Positions 13,254-27,479 of a DNA stretch of 64,000 nt are shown one piece after another. Origin of the DNA: the human T2T-CHM13v2.0 reference genome, Homo sapiens; NCBI RefSeq assembly GCF_009914755.1, contig NC_060931.1; one strand, written 5' to 3'. How positions within the stretch are numbered: position 1 is the first letter of the stretch; each line of letters begins with the position of its first letter. The notes below the pieces were generated by a model, which made no database searches, was not told the origin of the DNA, and was given only the letters and a program-made list of their open reading frames with translations. The position numbers and the translations under genes were made by a program.

Positions 13254-13789
13254 TTGTTTGATGGTGATCTCATATATCTGACAGATTAGTTTCAGTCTTT
13301 CTCTTTTCACTCTTAGACACAATTTTTTAAACTATATTAGGATAGTTGCAGACGATGTGCTTCAGGTTGACTCTGTACATCTGAGCCGTGGGTCACTAGT
13401 ATTTCACATCAAGCCTCTTGAAAATATTACCATAGTTATCTAAGCACCTAGTGAATAGTCACATGGTAGTACTTGTGATTAGAGGATGTAAAACAATGTA
13501 ATTTAAAAGTCATCTTCCATATATTGAAGGGGAAATAGAACACGCTACTTTTTATTTAGTGTGAAATGTTTAATTGAATTTTTATTGACTTATATAATGT
13601 AAATGTGCTGAGTTAGGTTTGGTGGTTGTTTTTTTTTTGACATATTCATAAGCTGCTTTTACTTCTTTCTGTCGACTTGTTTCTTAAATAAAATCGATCT
13701 GAAAAAATGTTAAAAATAAGATATATTTGCATAATTTATGCATATGTTATTAAAAATATTCTAGGATTAAAGTAGTCCCTGTTCACCTT

Positions 13790-14480
13790 TCTAACAGGAA
13801 CAACACAGCAAAGGTTGCGGCCTAAGCATTAGACATAGAGCACCACACCCAAATGGCTCAGGCCAGAGGCTAGAGATAACTAAGAGGCATCTTTCCTGCC
13901 TAGCCGACTGGGCTCCCTGAAGGAACCATTCAGACTTGCCCACAAACTTAAAGTGACCCGTTCACTATTCTGATACATACTGCAAGTTTTCTCTCTCTGC
14001 CTATCCCTGTCCCCCTCCCTCTCCCTCTCTCTACCTAACTCCTCTTTCCTTCCTCATGTGATCCAAGGTTGGAGGACTGCCCACCCAACTCACTGCATTC
14101 TCCATGCCAAGGACCTGTAAATAATAAATCTTTGAACCTGATTCCTGACATGGTGGTGTCTTGAATTTGTGCTTTCCATCTGCGGAACCAGGGGCTACCC
14201 TAGCCTCTGTTTTCCCTGCTGTGCTAGGGGTGACACAAGATTGGGCTTCCAGCACCAGAGCTGTGGTCAGATATGAGCCACAAGGGGTCTTCTGGTATAA
14301 GCAAGTTTCTCATGTGAAGGACCGCCTGGTCACTGGTTGGGCAGCTAGGCATTAGGCCATCCACCAGGTAAAGGAAGCATCCTGTGAAAGACACTCTGTA
14401 AACACCCACACCCAGCAATTATTCATAGCAGAATTGCTAGCCATTTCGTACTAAAAGCTCAGTTTAGCTGGGGTCTCTCA
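13790..14480 (+). mobile_element. Old ERVL-type LTR (MER54/MER73/MER74-like)
   Basis: ggcattaggccatccaccaggtaaaggaagcatcctgtgaaagacactctgtaaacacccac motif; internal aataaa; family recalled, boundaries approximate. Confidence 0.55.
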
Positions 14481-15271
14481 AAGCAATCCTATTTAAAATA
14501 GATGACATGAAAGGCATTTTCGTACCAGCCTCTATATCTAGATCCATCCCTTATTTTTTCTAAAATATTCTTAACCGTTCTAAGCCTCACATATCTACTT
14601 TATAAACTGAGGATAATGTTAACTGCCTTTAATTAAATGATAGAGATGTGGATTGTCTTATTGAAGCTATATCCTTTAAATAAACATTACATGGTAACAA
14701 AGGAACACAACAGCCAGAGTCATGACTTAAATTTGCAAGCACAATGGGCATTCCCTCTATAGAGAGGCTGGCACATGAAACAATCTCTCATGGATCCCAT
14801 TCAAGGAGAAGTAGCCAATCTTACATGGCACAAATTGTTCATTTGATGCAGGTGCTGAAACGTTCAACTGACTAGAGGATTCTAGAAGTCATGTGACACA
14901 GACAGACTTCTCATGGGGAAGGAGTGGTTCATCTCCACTGGGGCTAATGAGAGGATTAGCCTGTGTGTTTCTCAGTCATCACCCAGTCATGGGGTTCCAG
15001 GGGTGCATGCTTCCCATTTATGTAATACCCAATTTCCTACATTGGGCCTCTTCCATCCCCAGATTACATGTGATTCATCTGTGTTCCCTTCAATTTCTCC
15101 TGCTGTTCATTTGATCACATTTTAATATAACACACTTGAAGGGTAGATATAGTTATCATAATATGCTTGAAAGATAAAACATTCTCGTGGATTTTATTAT
15201 TTGCTTTGATGTTAATAATTGTTAGAACTTTTATAAGTATGTGAATATTCCTAAAATAATGCGTACTAAAA

Positions 15272-15490
15272 TTATAATAACAGCCAAATTCTTTAGCATT
15301 TATTATGTGCCAAATATTGTGCTAAGTGCTTTACATGTATAATCTCACTGAATCCAATTCTGGGTAGCGTTACAATCATCCTTATTCAATAATGAAAATA
15401 TGAAGCCAATAGAAATTGAATATGCTACCCAGAGTCGCACAACTATTAAATAAAGCCAGGCTTTAAACTAAGATTTGTCAAAATCTAAAT
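15272..15490 (-). mobile_element. MIR
   Basis: agcatttattatgtgccaaatattgtgctaagtgctttacatg and cccagagtcgcacaacta core. Confidence 0.8.
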
Positions 15491-18446
15491 TTCAAAATTG
15501 TGCTGGACCATTAGATCATGCAGTAACCTGTATACCACACAGTGAGAAATGGGCTTTCCAAAACCATGAGGTAAAATCAGTATGTGCGAGACATTTACTT
15601 TAGAAAACCACAAACTGTTATTCATATGATGCCATCATATCATTAATTTTCTAGAAAAAAATCAATTTCAAATTCGTATTCAAATTCTATTTCAAAACAG
15701 TTGTAGAGTGTACCAATAAAACAATATAACCAATAAAAAAATAAAAAGTTTGGGTCATAATCTCAGTTATTTGTCACTATATGAATTTGGACAGCTTGAT
15801 GAATCTATTATATTTTTAAAATGTTGCAAGGTTTTTGAAATGTTATGCATAGAATTTGAAGTTTGTATATACAAGTATCTCTTACTTTAATATTAAAGGC
15901 ATATTGGTTAATAATAATATTGCCTGAGATTGTAAGTGTTGCTTTAAATAAATACAGGGTATGAAAGTTGTTAACAATACTTAATAAAGGATTAAATTAC
16001 ATGCTATACTTTAGAAAGCTGCTACTATATTTATGACTTCTATGAAGGTCACTCCATGTTTAGCAGCACCGTTTCACCTGACAAGGAAGGTTCTGCCTTA
16101 GGCTCACTGAGAACTGCCTACTACTGTTGTCAATTTAACGAAATCTCACTTATTATGCTTTCAAGAAAGCTTATATTTTGTATAGTAAAGAGATTAAACT
16201 ATAGATAGATAATAGATCATAATTTTAATAGAATCTATTTTAAGAACATGATATAAGAATGTATGCTTAAAATCTCTCATGTTCATATCTATGTAATTCA
16301 AATAAATTAACAAAGCATGCATATGTCAATATTCTTATTAAGTTACAATCTTCTTGCTATTAGAAGTCGATTTTGTATTAATGCTTGCAAGGCAAATTTC
16401 TATTAACCAAGACCATATCTATCATTTTCTAAGTAAGACATTTTTTAGAGAAGAAGCATAATAACTATCATTGGTATATATATATATATATAAATGTCAT
16501 AAAAATCCTGTGTATATTTTTGGTGACTATCAAAGTTTGAACATGTTGAGATTCAGTTTTTTTATGCTAGTGATTTAAGAGATTGTATATGTTGTTGAAG
16601 TCATAAAAATTAGTGGACTAGAGCCTACTAACAAAAAAATACTACCAGGATATAAATTAGATCCTTTGTAAAGGTCATTATTGCTACAAATATCCAAAAT
16701 GGATTTAAAATTACAGGAATAATAGTGCACCACTTGATTCTCAGAAACATAAGACATTTCTAAAGACATCTAAAAATATCCTTCCTCAATTGTGTTTCTT
16801 TTTGGAATCTGTCTAATAGAACTATATCTTAAAACTTCATGATTTCCAATATTTAATCCGTTATTTGGAAAACCCAAACAAGCATAATTGAGGAGTCATT
16901 ATTTTGTTTGAATATCATATATACCCATACTATGAAATTATAGAAATATTAAATGCCATAATAAAGATTCTGACATATATTGGAGATATATTAGAAAATA
17001 TTTTATTTAACCATTTTCTATCAAGGAACCAAAGGAAACATTTTAAAACAAACATTTTTATTAGTAAAACAGGTGTGACAGGTTTTTGGTCGAATTGAAA
17101 TTCATGAAAGATTTTAAGTGCTTACTATGTTTCAGTAACATGGAAAAATATAGGTAAGACATATGCTCTTGTATCAAGGAATTTATAGTCTGTCAAGATA
17201 AAGAGTAAGGTGGAGTAAGTTACAAGGAAGGTACCTAAAGCAGAATGTTATCACAGACTAAAAGATAACAACTAACCTAGACTAAGCAGAAGGAGGCTAG
17301 GATGGATTTTAGGAATATCAGTACATTATCATAAACTTATTCAGCTGGACATGCCAATCATCTGCTGTCCTGATGTGGTCTTTTTTTTTTTCCTAGAGAA
17401 TATAAACACAGCACCTTGTGCCTTGTAGTTAACTAATCATCCAGTGAATGCTTTTAACTCTGCACCTGTTAATACAGACCAAACCAGACCCATTTGATTT
17501 CACTTAGACAGAAAAAGAAAAAAGGTGTCATTCACTTTCCTGAAGGATATATCAACCCTCTAGCTCTCTCTCAAAATGTAAGGTATAGGGACCTGTATAA
17601 TTGTATTCTTCCAGAAGACATCATGCTAGTTCCCTCTATTAATTGTAGCAGTCTTATTGGACTCTGTAAGCAGGATGTATTGAATATCTCAGAAGCCTTG
17701 GTAAGATACTTGTATGCCTGAAAATGAGAAATAGAGCCCCATAAAAATTCAATGTCTGACCTTTTGTTTAAGTTTCAAGGTTTTCTTCAGTCTGAGCCAT
17801 GAAAACATATCTGCTCCAAGGTAAATGGAAAGAGGCTATATCTGAAATCTACAACCAAGAAAATAGCGTGGTGCCTTTTGGGACTCTCTGAAGTCTAGAG
17901 GCAACATATAACAGTTTTAGGTATGCTACTGCAACATATGTACCAAGAAACTCGGAAGCTCACTGTTTTGACCTGGCCCGGAACAATACAAGGCTCTAGA
18001 ATTCTGGAGCAAGTTGAACTGCCACTGGGCCATATGAACCCAGAGATTTAGTGGTACTTGAAGGGTCTGTGGCAGTTGGTGTTATATGGAAAGGGTCCCC
18101 TTTAGGAAAACTCCAGCATACCCTCTTATGATGTGGAAGTAAGCCAGTCCATATTCTTAAGATAACTTTTATTTGTTTGACATACAAACAACAGCAGAAA
18201 AGTAATTTCTGGCTTGATACTAGGTCCTACTAGCAGTAGAAAATTTGATTGGGGTTGCCAACATACCATGCACATCTGAGCTGCCTGTCATGATCTGGCT
18301 GTCATCTGACCACAGAAGCCATACATTTTGGCGTTTGCAATACTATTCATTGTGAAGTACAGGAAGTATATAATATTGGGCTTGAACAGGTCCTGAAAAC
18401 ACAATTAAGTTACATGAGAAAGAGGCTCAGACCCCAATAAATCTAC

Positions 18447-19625
18447 TTTTATTTTATTTTTAAATTTAATTTTAGTTTTCATTAACAAATAATAATTGTA
18501 TATATTTATGGGGTACAATGTGATATTATGATACATGTATACATTGTGGAATGATTAAATCAAGCTAATTAATATATCCTTTACCTCACATACTTATGTA
18601 TTTGTGGCGAGAACATGTACAATCTACTCTTTTCACAATTTCAAAATATACAGTAAATTAACTATAGTCACTATGTTCTACTATAGATCATTGTAACTTA
18701 TTCTTCTGTTTAACTGAAACTTTGTACCCTTTGAGTAACATCATATTTTTCCCTATTCATTCTGCCACCAGTGTTTGGTAACAATCATTCCGCTCTCTAT
18801 TTTTATGAGTTTGACAGTTTTAGATTGCATATACAGGTGAGACCATGCAGTGTTTGTATTTCTGTGCCTGGCTTATTTCACTTCACATAATGTCTTGTAA
18901 ATTCATCTATGTTGTTGTAAGGGACAAATTTCTTTCTTTATAAAGGCCTTCTATTGTGTATATCTGCCGCATTTTCTTTATCCATTCATCCACTGATTGA
19001 CATAAGTTGTTTCCATATCTTGGCAATTGTAAACAATGTTGCAATGAACATGGGAGCCAGATATTTCTTCAAGATACTGATTTCCTTTCCTTTAGATGTA
19101 TATTCAGAATATATATCTGGATCATATAGTAATTCTATTTTTAGTTTTTTGAGGAAACTACAAAGTTTTCCAAAATTGATATACTAATTTATATTCCCAC
19201 CAACTTTATACAAGGTTCCTTTTTCTCCACATCCTTGCTAACACTTGTTACCTTTTATCTTTTTGATGATAGCCGTTCTAACAGGAGTGGGGTGATAATT
19301 TATTGTTGTTTTAATATTTCCCTGATTATTAGTGGTGATGAGCATTTTTTCATATACTTGAGAGCCATTTGTATGTCTTCTTTTGATAAATCTCTCTAGG
19401 TGATTTGCCTTTTAGTAGGATTGTTTGTTTTCATGCCATTGAGTTGTTTGAGTTAATTATACAGTGTGGATATTAGCCTCTTATCAGATACAGGATTTGA
19501 AATATTTTCCCCCAATCTGTAGATGATTTCTTCTAATAGTTAATTGTCATTTGCTGTGCAGAACCTTTTTAGTTTGATGCAATCCTATTTGTCTATTTTT
19601 GCCTGTGCATGCTTTTGTTGCCCCC
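18447..19625 (-). mobile_element. L1MA8/L1MA9-like 3' fragment inserted in ERVL pol
   Basis: aataattgtatatatttatggggtacaatgtgat...tggaatgattaaatcaagctaattaa; antisense ORF2 3' motifs. Confidence 0.85.
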
Positions 19626-19788
19626 AAAAGCATGGTCATATTCAAGGAATTATACACATGTCCACATTTAAAGCATTAATTCCTCTCTACAAACCCACAC
19701 TTAAGGCTTTTGAAATTTCCCATGACAAGTTGTCTCAGGAAAAATAAATGTATATCTGGTTTATCAATGGTTTTACATCTTATGCTGG

Positions 19789-20269
19789 TGTATTAGAGTT
19801 ATCCAGAGAAACAGAACCGATAGGATATATAAATCTAGAGTGAGATTTATTATAAAGAATTGGCTTACACACATATGGAGGCTGAAAAGTCCCACCATCT
19901 GCCTTATGCAGGCTGGAGAACCAGGAAAACTGGGGATATAAATTCAAATTTCAGTTTAAAGACTTGAGGAATGGAAGCATCAACGGTGTAAGTTCCAGTT
20001 CAATGGCAGAAGAAGACCTTTGTCTCAGCTCAAGCAGCCAGGTAAAGACAGAAAATTCAACCTTCCTCCACCTTTTTGTTCTATTCAAATCCTCAGTGCA
20101 TTAGATGATGCTTACCCAGCCCAATCCAATTTACTCATTCACAAGTTCAAGTGCTGCTCTCTTCCGGGAACACAGACACATCTAGACACATCCAGAAATA
20201 ATGTAGCATACCCAGGTCTCTGGGAATTCCATGGCCCAGTAAAGGTGACAGATGAAGTTCACCATCATA
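19789..20269 (-). mobile_element. MLT2 (C/D-like) ERVL LTR inserted in the RNase H remnant
   Basis: tgtattagagttatccagagaaacagaacc...aagttcaccatcata; 5-bp TSD gctgg (19784-19788) and gctag (20270-20274). Confidence 0.85.
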
Positions 20270-23200
20270 GCTAGGAACACCTAAAAGTAGATGACTGTAG
20301 TATGATGTTCTTGGTCAGGCATGATGCAGAACAATGGTGAAAGAAAATCTTCCCGTGGGAAGAACTCACAAGAGTACATCTGGTTGTTTAGTTTGCTTGG
20401 AAAAGAGGTGGATAAATGTCAGATTCATGCTGATTTATGAGCAAAGACTAATTATTTGGCTGGATGGTGAAGGACTTAGAAGGAAAAATATTGGAAAATT
20501 GTTTACCAAGAGGCCTGGGAGGATGTCATAGACCTCACAAAATTGGCACAAAAGCAAAAGGGTATTTTTGTCTTTTGTAGATGTCCACCAAATGGCACCT
20601 ACTGCAGATCAGGCTCTTGGTAATCACATGGAAATGATGGCCCATTATACAGAAGGTCAGCGGACCTTCCTGCCCAGCCATGCTAATCATTGCTGAAAGG
20701 GCTGATGAACCAAGTGACTGTGGAAGTAGCTATGGAAGCAGGCTTGAGCTCAACAGTGTGGATTATGTGCTACAGCTATTGGTGAGTTCCCAACATGTCA
20801 ACAACATAAAGTGACACTGAGCCACCAATATGATAATGTTTCCCAAGTGAACAAGCCAGCACCTGGTGACAATTTGATTGTATTGGGCCACCCATCACAG
20901 AAGAGGAAACAATTTACTCTTCCTGGAATAAAGGATGATTCTGGAAATGGATTTGTCTTCATTGCCAACAATGATCCTGCCAAAACACCATTCATGATTT
21001 TGGAGATTGCATTATTCACTGTCAGAAAATTTTCCACTGCATTTCTTCTGAACAAGGGAATTATTTTAAAGCAAATGAAGTTTAACAAATAGGTCTTTGC
21101 CAATGGAATTCATAGTTCCTACCATATACCCCGGCCTCTGCCTAATTGAATAGTGGAATGCACTACTTGCCTTATAGCATGGAGGAAGGGGTTCAGAAGA
21201 CACTTAGATCACCTTTCAGGTATCAGGTTATAAACTACATGCAGAAGTTAAGTTCCAGACGTTATATACCAAAGATGCTTCTATTTCTCCTATAGCTATA
21301 CTTCATGGGTCCAGGATGTAAGGAATGCAAAGAGAAGCTTTTCTTTTATTGCTATACCTAATGAACTACAACTGTGGCCTCTAAATTGTTTAGAAGTCTT
21401 ACCTGACTAAGGAGAAATGTTCTTATTAGGGATACTACAGGGACAATGTCAGAGGGAAGATAAGAACTATGTTTCTCAGAATATCTTATCCTTAATGTTA
21501 GAGTTTGCCAGCAAGAAGAAATTGCATGAGATTCTAAAGGCAGGGAAAAAGCCAAATCCACTGTTTTCTGGAGGTGGTTGTACCCAGATAAGGATATTTA
21601 TTGGTTACAAGTTCTTTCATTACCCATTTTACTCATTTTTGTCTAAATCCAGTATTCAATATACCGTGACATTTTATTTGATTGTATCTTGATATTTCAG
21701 CTTTTTTTACAGTTTATTGACTTGTTCCATTGAACTAGTATAATAAAGAATTATGAGATCTCATATTATTATTCCTTATTTTCAATAACTTTACTGGGTA
21801 TTTAAAAATCTTACCAATCCCCCGCAATAATAACAGGTCAAAATCTCAAATTATAATCTTCCATTCAAAACTATTTTCCCTGTGTTCAATAGCATCAATA
21901 GTCTATTAACATCTTAAATATTGTAAGAAGTCCAGTTCAAATCCTCCCTCTTTCATGAAAACTTTTCTTACCATTATTTTTCTCTTGATCTGTAATTCCC
22001 CAGCCCACAGCCTATGTCACACAATACACTGGCTACATTTTTCCTAAAACATATTGAGCATATATTGTGCTATTGAAATGCTAGCTGTATTAAATGTTGC
22101 TGGCGAGACTTGACAGAGAGAAAATGGGGTCCAGTATGCCCTCTGAAAACTTCTTACAATCTATCCTATTTCCCCATTAATAAATTTACTGGAACAAAAA
22201 CAAAGGTTGATTTTCAGACTATTTGGTCATCTTCAGAGATATTGAACAAGAAGTGAGTCACTCAGCTCAGGAACGTCAGGCTACTCCATAGAAAGTTAGG
22301 TCACTAAACATAAAAGTAAGAGGTACAGAGTCCTGGTAGTACTCTGACAACTCCCATTCCATTGGACTCTGAAGCATCTGATCAAATCAAGAAAGAGATA
22401 TTACCTAAATTAAAAGCATATGCAATATATTCCCTGGAGGTCCAGGATGCCTCCCCTATGTGGCAGCAGCTACAGTCCTGCCTTACACACCAGCAACATC
22501 TGCTGAGAGTGAAATGGAGTGATGTAAAAGCCCCATAACATCACCTTTCTTAATTTTGCCTCAGGCTGCACGTCAACATTTATCTGTTTGTAAGTGGTAA
22601 TGATTGAAGGATTTATGGTAAGAATTTCAACATCACTTTGTAGTCTTCTGTGGAGGTAGAAATCTAAGAAAAGAATTTTTGATAAACTAGCCTATCCTTG
22701 AGGAGTGATGTTTCATTTCCATTTATTGCAAATATGTGGTTTTCAAAATGAAATAAAATTCAGCCCAGGAGCAGCCAGAGAGCAATGAAAAGAAACAGCA
22801 GGCTGTGGTGAGAAAAGAAAGCTTAAAAACAGTGTGGACAATTCCTTTTTTCTGGTTTTAGCAGCTCATATTTGCTCATTTCTCCAAACACTTTTCAGAC
22901 CTGGCAGATAAGTGTGAGACTGAAGATTGCACAGCAACAAAAATTACTGTCACGGTTACCTAATATCACTGAGAATAAAAGTGCTGTTCTGATTGTTAAC
23001 GGAACCCAAAGTGCCCCCAAACAAGGCTTTGAGGAGAGTTGATCTGAAAAGGAAACAGATACCCAGTCCTTATCCCAACTTGACTCTTCAATAAATTCTC
23101 TACTTCTCTGGAAAAAAACTTTTTATTTTTGTAACATGACAAACAAAATCTTATGATGAAAAGCCAGGATCAAAAGAGTGCCTCTGCTAATGATCTTTAG

Positions 23201-23854
23201 GACAAAAAATTTAAAATAAAAAATGAAAAGAAAACCTAACCTGGCAGTTAGTTGTAAAGGCTAAACTGGATTTTGTTATTAGTTTCAGCTCTACTACAGA
23301 GAGGATCTTACTGAGAGTTGTAAAGTCCCTTTAAAAATGCCATCAACTCTGACAGAAATGTAAGCCCTAGCTAGAGACATTTTGCTATTTATTCCAAGAA
23401 CAACTAGATGCACATAATTAATTAGCTAAAAATACTTATTTTTCCATATTTATAACCACTACATTAGGTGAAAAAGATAAAAACCTTGCCTTGGAACCTT
23501 ATAGAATGTAGCATAGAGTTACAACTTTGGGATTTAAACCAAAGTCTCAAAAATGGCTGTAATAAAATCTAACCTGTATTTTTTAAAGTATGTATTAGTT
23601 TTTAGCTCCTCATGGTCCCATCCTTATTCTTTTTTCCTTTTTTTCATCTTTATTTCTTCATTTTTCTCTTCCTCCCCCTCTGTCTTCATTCTTTTATCCG
23701 ATTTTTCCCGTTTTTTTTCTTAAACTTTGGTAGCTAATAGGGTGTATTTAACCCCCTTCCTCCGTTTTTGGCATTGCATTGGTAAAGTCATACTCAAATC
23801 AGTTAAATATTCAGGTTCAAAATAATTCACTGGGTTGCAACAGTGAGATTCCAT

Positions 23855-23918
23855 AACAGATAGAAGATGATATATAGATAAATAGTTAGATGATAGATAG
23901 ATGGATGGATAGATAAAT
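23855..23918. repeat. Degenerate (GATA)/(GATG) repeat
   Basis: tagatgatagatagatggatggatagat. Confidence 0.6.
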
Positions 23919-25507
23919 ATAAAAACACAGACGTGTGGAAGACAGAGAGGTATTTAAATATATCCACATGATTATATTTCACAAGTGTACAGTAATCAGA
24001 TGTCCCATATTTTAAAATCACATTGAAAATACAAGTAGCTTCTTTCATGTTGGCTCCCATATAATTAACTGAGCAGAGAAGAGCAAAAGTGATTTTAAAG
24101 ATAGCGCAGGTTAAAGACTACAGAATTAGAAACCAGGTTATGTAATTCACACAGTTCTTTCTCATTATCTACCACCCATCTGTCACTGTTTATCCTAAAT
24201 CACAAGCATTCATTAAATTCTTAAATCCATTTAATTTTTCCTCTTGCTCTTTAACTAACTTTTCCCCAGTGTTCTCCAAGTTCTCAAGTTCTATTGTTAG
24301 TTTATGTTAGATATGTTTTTAGGTAGCTTCTTCCTTTCTCATGCTTTTTCATACTCGCTCTCAAGTGTCAGAATGATCACTGTGCAAGGTAGAAGTTCCA
24401 CACTTACCATTTAAAGACACTTTTTACATGGTATTTATGTAAATCCAGGGCTCCCCAGACTTCTAACAACTTTGCCACATAAAGTTTATAACAATCTATC
24501 ATAATTGAAGCTCTTGGGAGTGGAGGAAGGTAGAAGACTGATTTGACACAGTGGGATGAGAGCCTGAGGCAGGAAGGAAGACCAGGGCATATTACAAAAG
24601 CGCTGTCACTACATTTCTTAAATAAATGACTTTCTATATAAATATATACTTGTTGTGGGGCTTATACTTCATAAAATGCGAAAAGCATTGATGAAACTCA
24701 CTTCTCTTTCTAATCTTCCACTTTATCACATTTACCTTTTATCAACTAAAAAGTCTTGGAGCATTGGTTTATCCAGTATAACATATAATAGCCAAATTGC
24801 CAGACATTGAGCAATCACTGTGCTCACACAATGGGATATTTATTTGCATGCCCAGAGCCTATTGGGTAGTTTTCAGTCAGAAGCCCTTCTGGAAATTTTT
24901 CTTTGATGTTCGTAAGTGGGCAAAACAAAACAAAAAAAAAAGGAATAAAAGAAAAATCTAGATGTCAGCTTTCTTATTTTCCATTGATTCAAGTGTAAGT
25001 GATTCAAGAACTTCTTCTGCAAGGCTCTAGAAGCTCATGTGGTGTGAACTATCAGACGAGTGCTGAAGAGAAGCATTTTCTAGTCTTTGGCAGAGTATTG
25101 ATCTGATCAAGAATGCGCTAAAATTCCAAATGACAGAAAATACTACTGGATGAAACAATTCTCAGAAAAATCCTTAGCCCGAGAAGAGACCCCAGATATT
25201 ATATATGGGAGTAAGAAAATTTAATCCTAGAGTAAAGGCTGTCCTGGAACTGTCCAAACAACGCTTAAAAGCAAACCTCAAAGGGAATAAGATGATTTGC
25301 AAGTAAGTTCACTACATGCTGAAACAAAGCCCAACAGTCCTTAGAGTAATAAAAAAAATGCCTTTTGCAACGTAAAATTCATAATGTCTGGTATCCCAAA
25401 ACAGTTTACCAAATACAGTAAACAAAAGACAACATGCCTAGGTGCCCATCTTTATATATTTCCTCCCAAAACAGTAGAGACAAAAAAAATGTGAGGTGGG
25501 AAGTAGA

Positions 25508-25853
25508 GATTCTATTTTGAATGCTTGTGACCTTCCTCCCTCACTCAAATTCATATATTGAAACCTAATCCCCACTATGAAGGTATGAAGAGGTGGAGTC
25601 TTTGGGAGGTGACTAAGTCATAAGGGTGGGGCCCTCAGGAATGGGATCAGTACTCTTATAAAGAGGCCTGAGGGCACTTGCTGGCCCTTCCACCAGCAAG
25701 AAGGCATGATCTCTGAGGAAGTGAACCCCCACCAGGCACGACCACTTCCTTGATCTTGGACTTCCCAGCCTCCAGAACTGTGATAAATTTATGTTGTTTA
25801 GAACTTACCCAGTCTAAGATATTTTGTAATAGCAGCCTGAAGAGACTAAGTCA
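25508..25853 (+). mobile_element. MaLR LTR (MLT1A/MST-like)
   Basis: caaattcatatattgaaacctaatcccc...ggacttcccagcctccagaactgtga...atagcagcctgaagagactaagtca. Confidence 0.85.
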
Positions 25854-26177
25854 GAGATAAAACTACAAAACAAAATAAAACCCCCAAACATCCTCAGCAT
25901 AATTTTAGCACTGAAAATTTGTAAAATTCAAAACATCTGTAAAGAAAAGAGAAAAACAGCAAATCTCAGTATGCAACCACTTATGCTGTCTTCCCAGATC
26001 TATTCCATTGAAATACTTGAGTTAAGCAGGGGCAGGCTGAGAAAAACTGATGGGAAGGGAGAAGCATGGGCCTAGTAAGATGCTCTAGGGTTCATTTAAA
26101 ACCATCACCAGAAAGTTGACCCTCTGTCTGAATATAAGTTTAATTTTTTTTTTTAAAGAGGAAAAAGTCCGAGTAGG

Positions 26178-26652
26178 TGTGGTCAGCTGAGTAATGCTGC
26201 CCTACAAAGGTAACCTCATGCCAGAACTTGGGAATATGTATAATTGTTCTTGGCAAAATGACTTTGCAGATGTAAATAAACTGAGGATATTATATGGGTG
26301 GGCCTTGTCTTATCACATGGGTTCTTAAAAGCAGGGAACCTTTCTCAGTTGTAGTGAGGGAGAGAGCTGTGCTTAGGAAGAGAGAACCTGAAAGGTGGCA
26401 GCAGCAATGTGAGAAAGACCCTCTTGGCTGTTGATGGCTTTGAAGATGGAGGAAGGAGGCCAAAAGCCTACATATGTAGTCATTTTCTAGAGCTGGAAAA
26501 GGCAAGGAAATGAAAGAACTCTGCTGATATCTTGATTTTAGCTGGGGACACCCATGTAAGACTTCTGACCTACAGAACTGGAAGATAAATTTATGTTGTG
26601 TTAAGCCACTCAATTTGTGGTCATTTGCTATGGCTTCAGTGGAAAACATACT
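26178..26652 (+). mobile_element. MaLR LTR, MLT1D-like
   Basis: ggcaaaatgactttgcagatgt...gacttctgacctacagaactg...aagccactcaatttgtggtcatttgcta. Confidence 0.85.
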
Positions 26653-27479
26653 AGATCAGAACATAAACTGCAGGGAAGGGGCTTTAAAAGTTAACATAAT
26701 CTACACATATCTATTGCAATTGAGCTGGTTTTTATATGCTCCTCATGACTTTGTATTTTCCCTATCCATGCCTGATTTCATGCAGCCTCATGTTCAATAA
26801 TTCAGCAAGGAGGTCAGTTACTGCCTCCTGAATTCACCCTTGGCTCTCAAAGAAGCAAGTTATATAAAGCACCCAAGTTAGTGAAGTCCTCCGATGACAG
26901 GATCTACCATAGTCATGTCAGAGGTGTTAAATTAACATGTGTCCTTCTGACCTCCATAAAGCCAGTGTAGGTCACTTGCATTCATTACACTCCTACTACC
27001 TTGAAAGGGGTATTGTATTTTTGAGTCAGAGAGGGGGAAATGTGATTATACCTCACAGAAAACTGTGTTAAACCCACAGTTTCACCCACGGAAGCAGGTT
27101 AGTTGTATTATCCTACGGAAGAGTCAGCTTATGAAAGTGTGAAGCCACTGGGGGATCAGTTTTCACCTAAATTACACCTTACATGCAGCAGTATTAAAAT
27201 TAATAATGTATCCCTCTCCCCTTTGATCATTAATTATAAAAAACTATGCCAATATTTTTTGTCAGGCTTCTACTGGTACTTCTTGGTAGTGATATAACTT
27301 CCTAAGAGAATATTTTCAGGATTTTGTAGTAACCTGACTTTGGTTGGTCTCCAAGTACCCATATAATTTTCCAGTAATCAATAGTCTCAGCTGAGTTACT
27401 TTGCATGGAACTATTGAGATTTTCCAGGAACATAAAATATACAAGAGAATATAAAAGTCCTTTTTGTGCAGAAGTAATT

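Larger units (their letters stand above)
17320..21360 (+). mobile_element. Degenerate ERVL (class III) internal pol region: RT, RNase H, integrase
   Basis: FPEGYINPLALSQNV.YRDL...LPEDIMLVPSIN (cf. LPQGYINSPALCHN...LVHYIDD) at about 17535-17660; remnants of WFTDGS, KSSQWAEL, YTDSW, CPTCQQ, WQVDYIG, GIDTYSGYGF, SDQG and LIERWNG between about 19760 and 21160; interrupted by L1 and MLT2. Confidence 0.85.

Noticed and set aside
14890-15120. GC-richer block bounded by tgtgaca and tgatcaca
   Set aside because: Possibly an old LTR/MER fragment, but I could not assign a family or TSD
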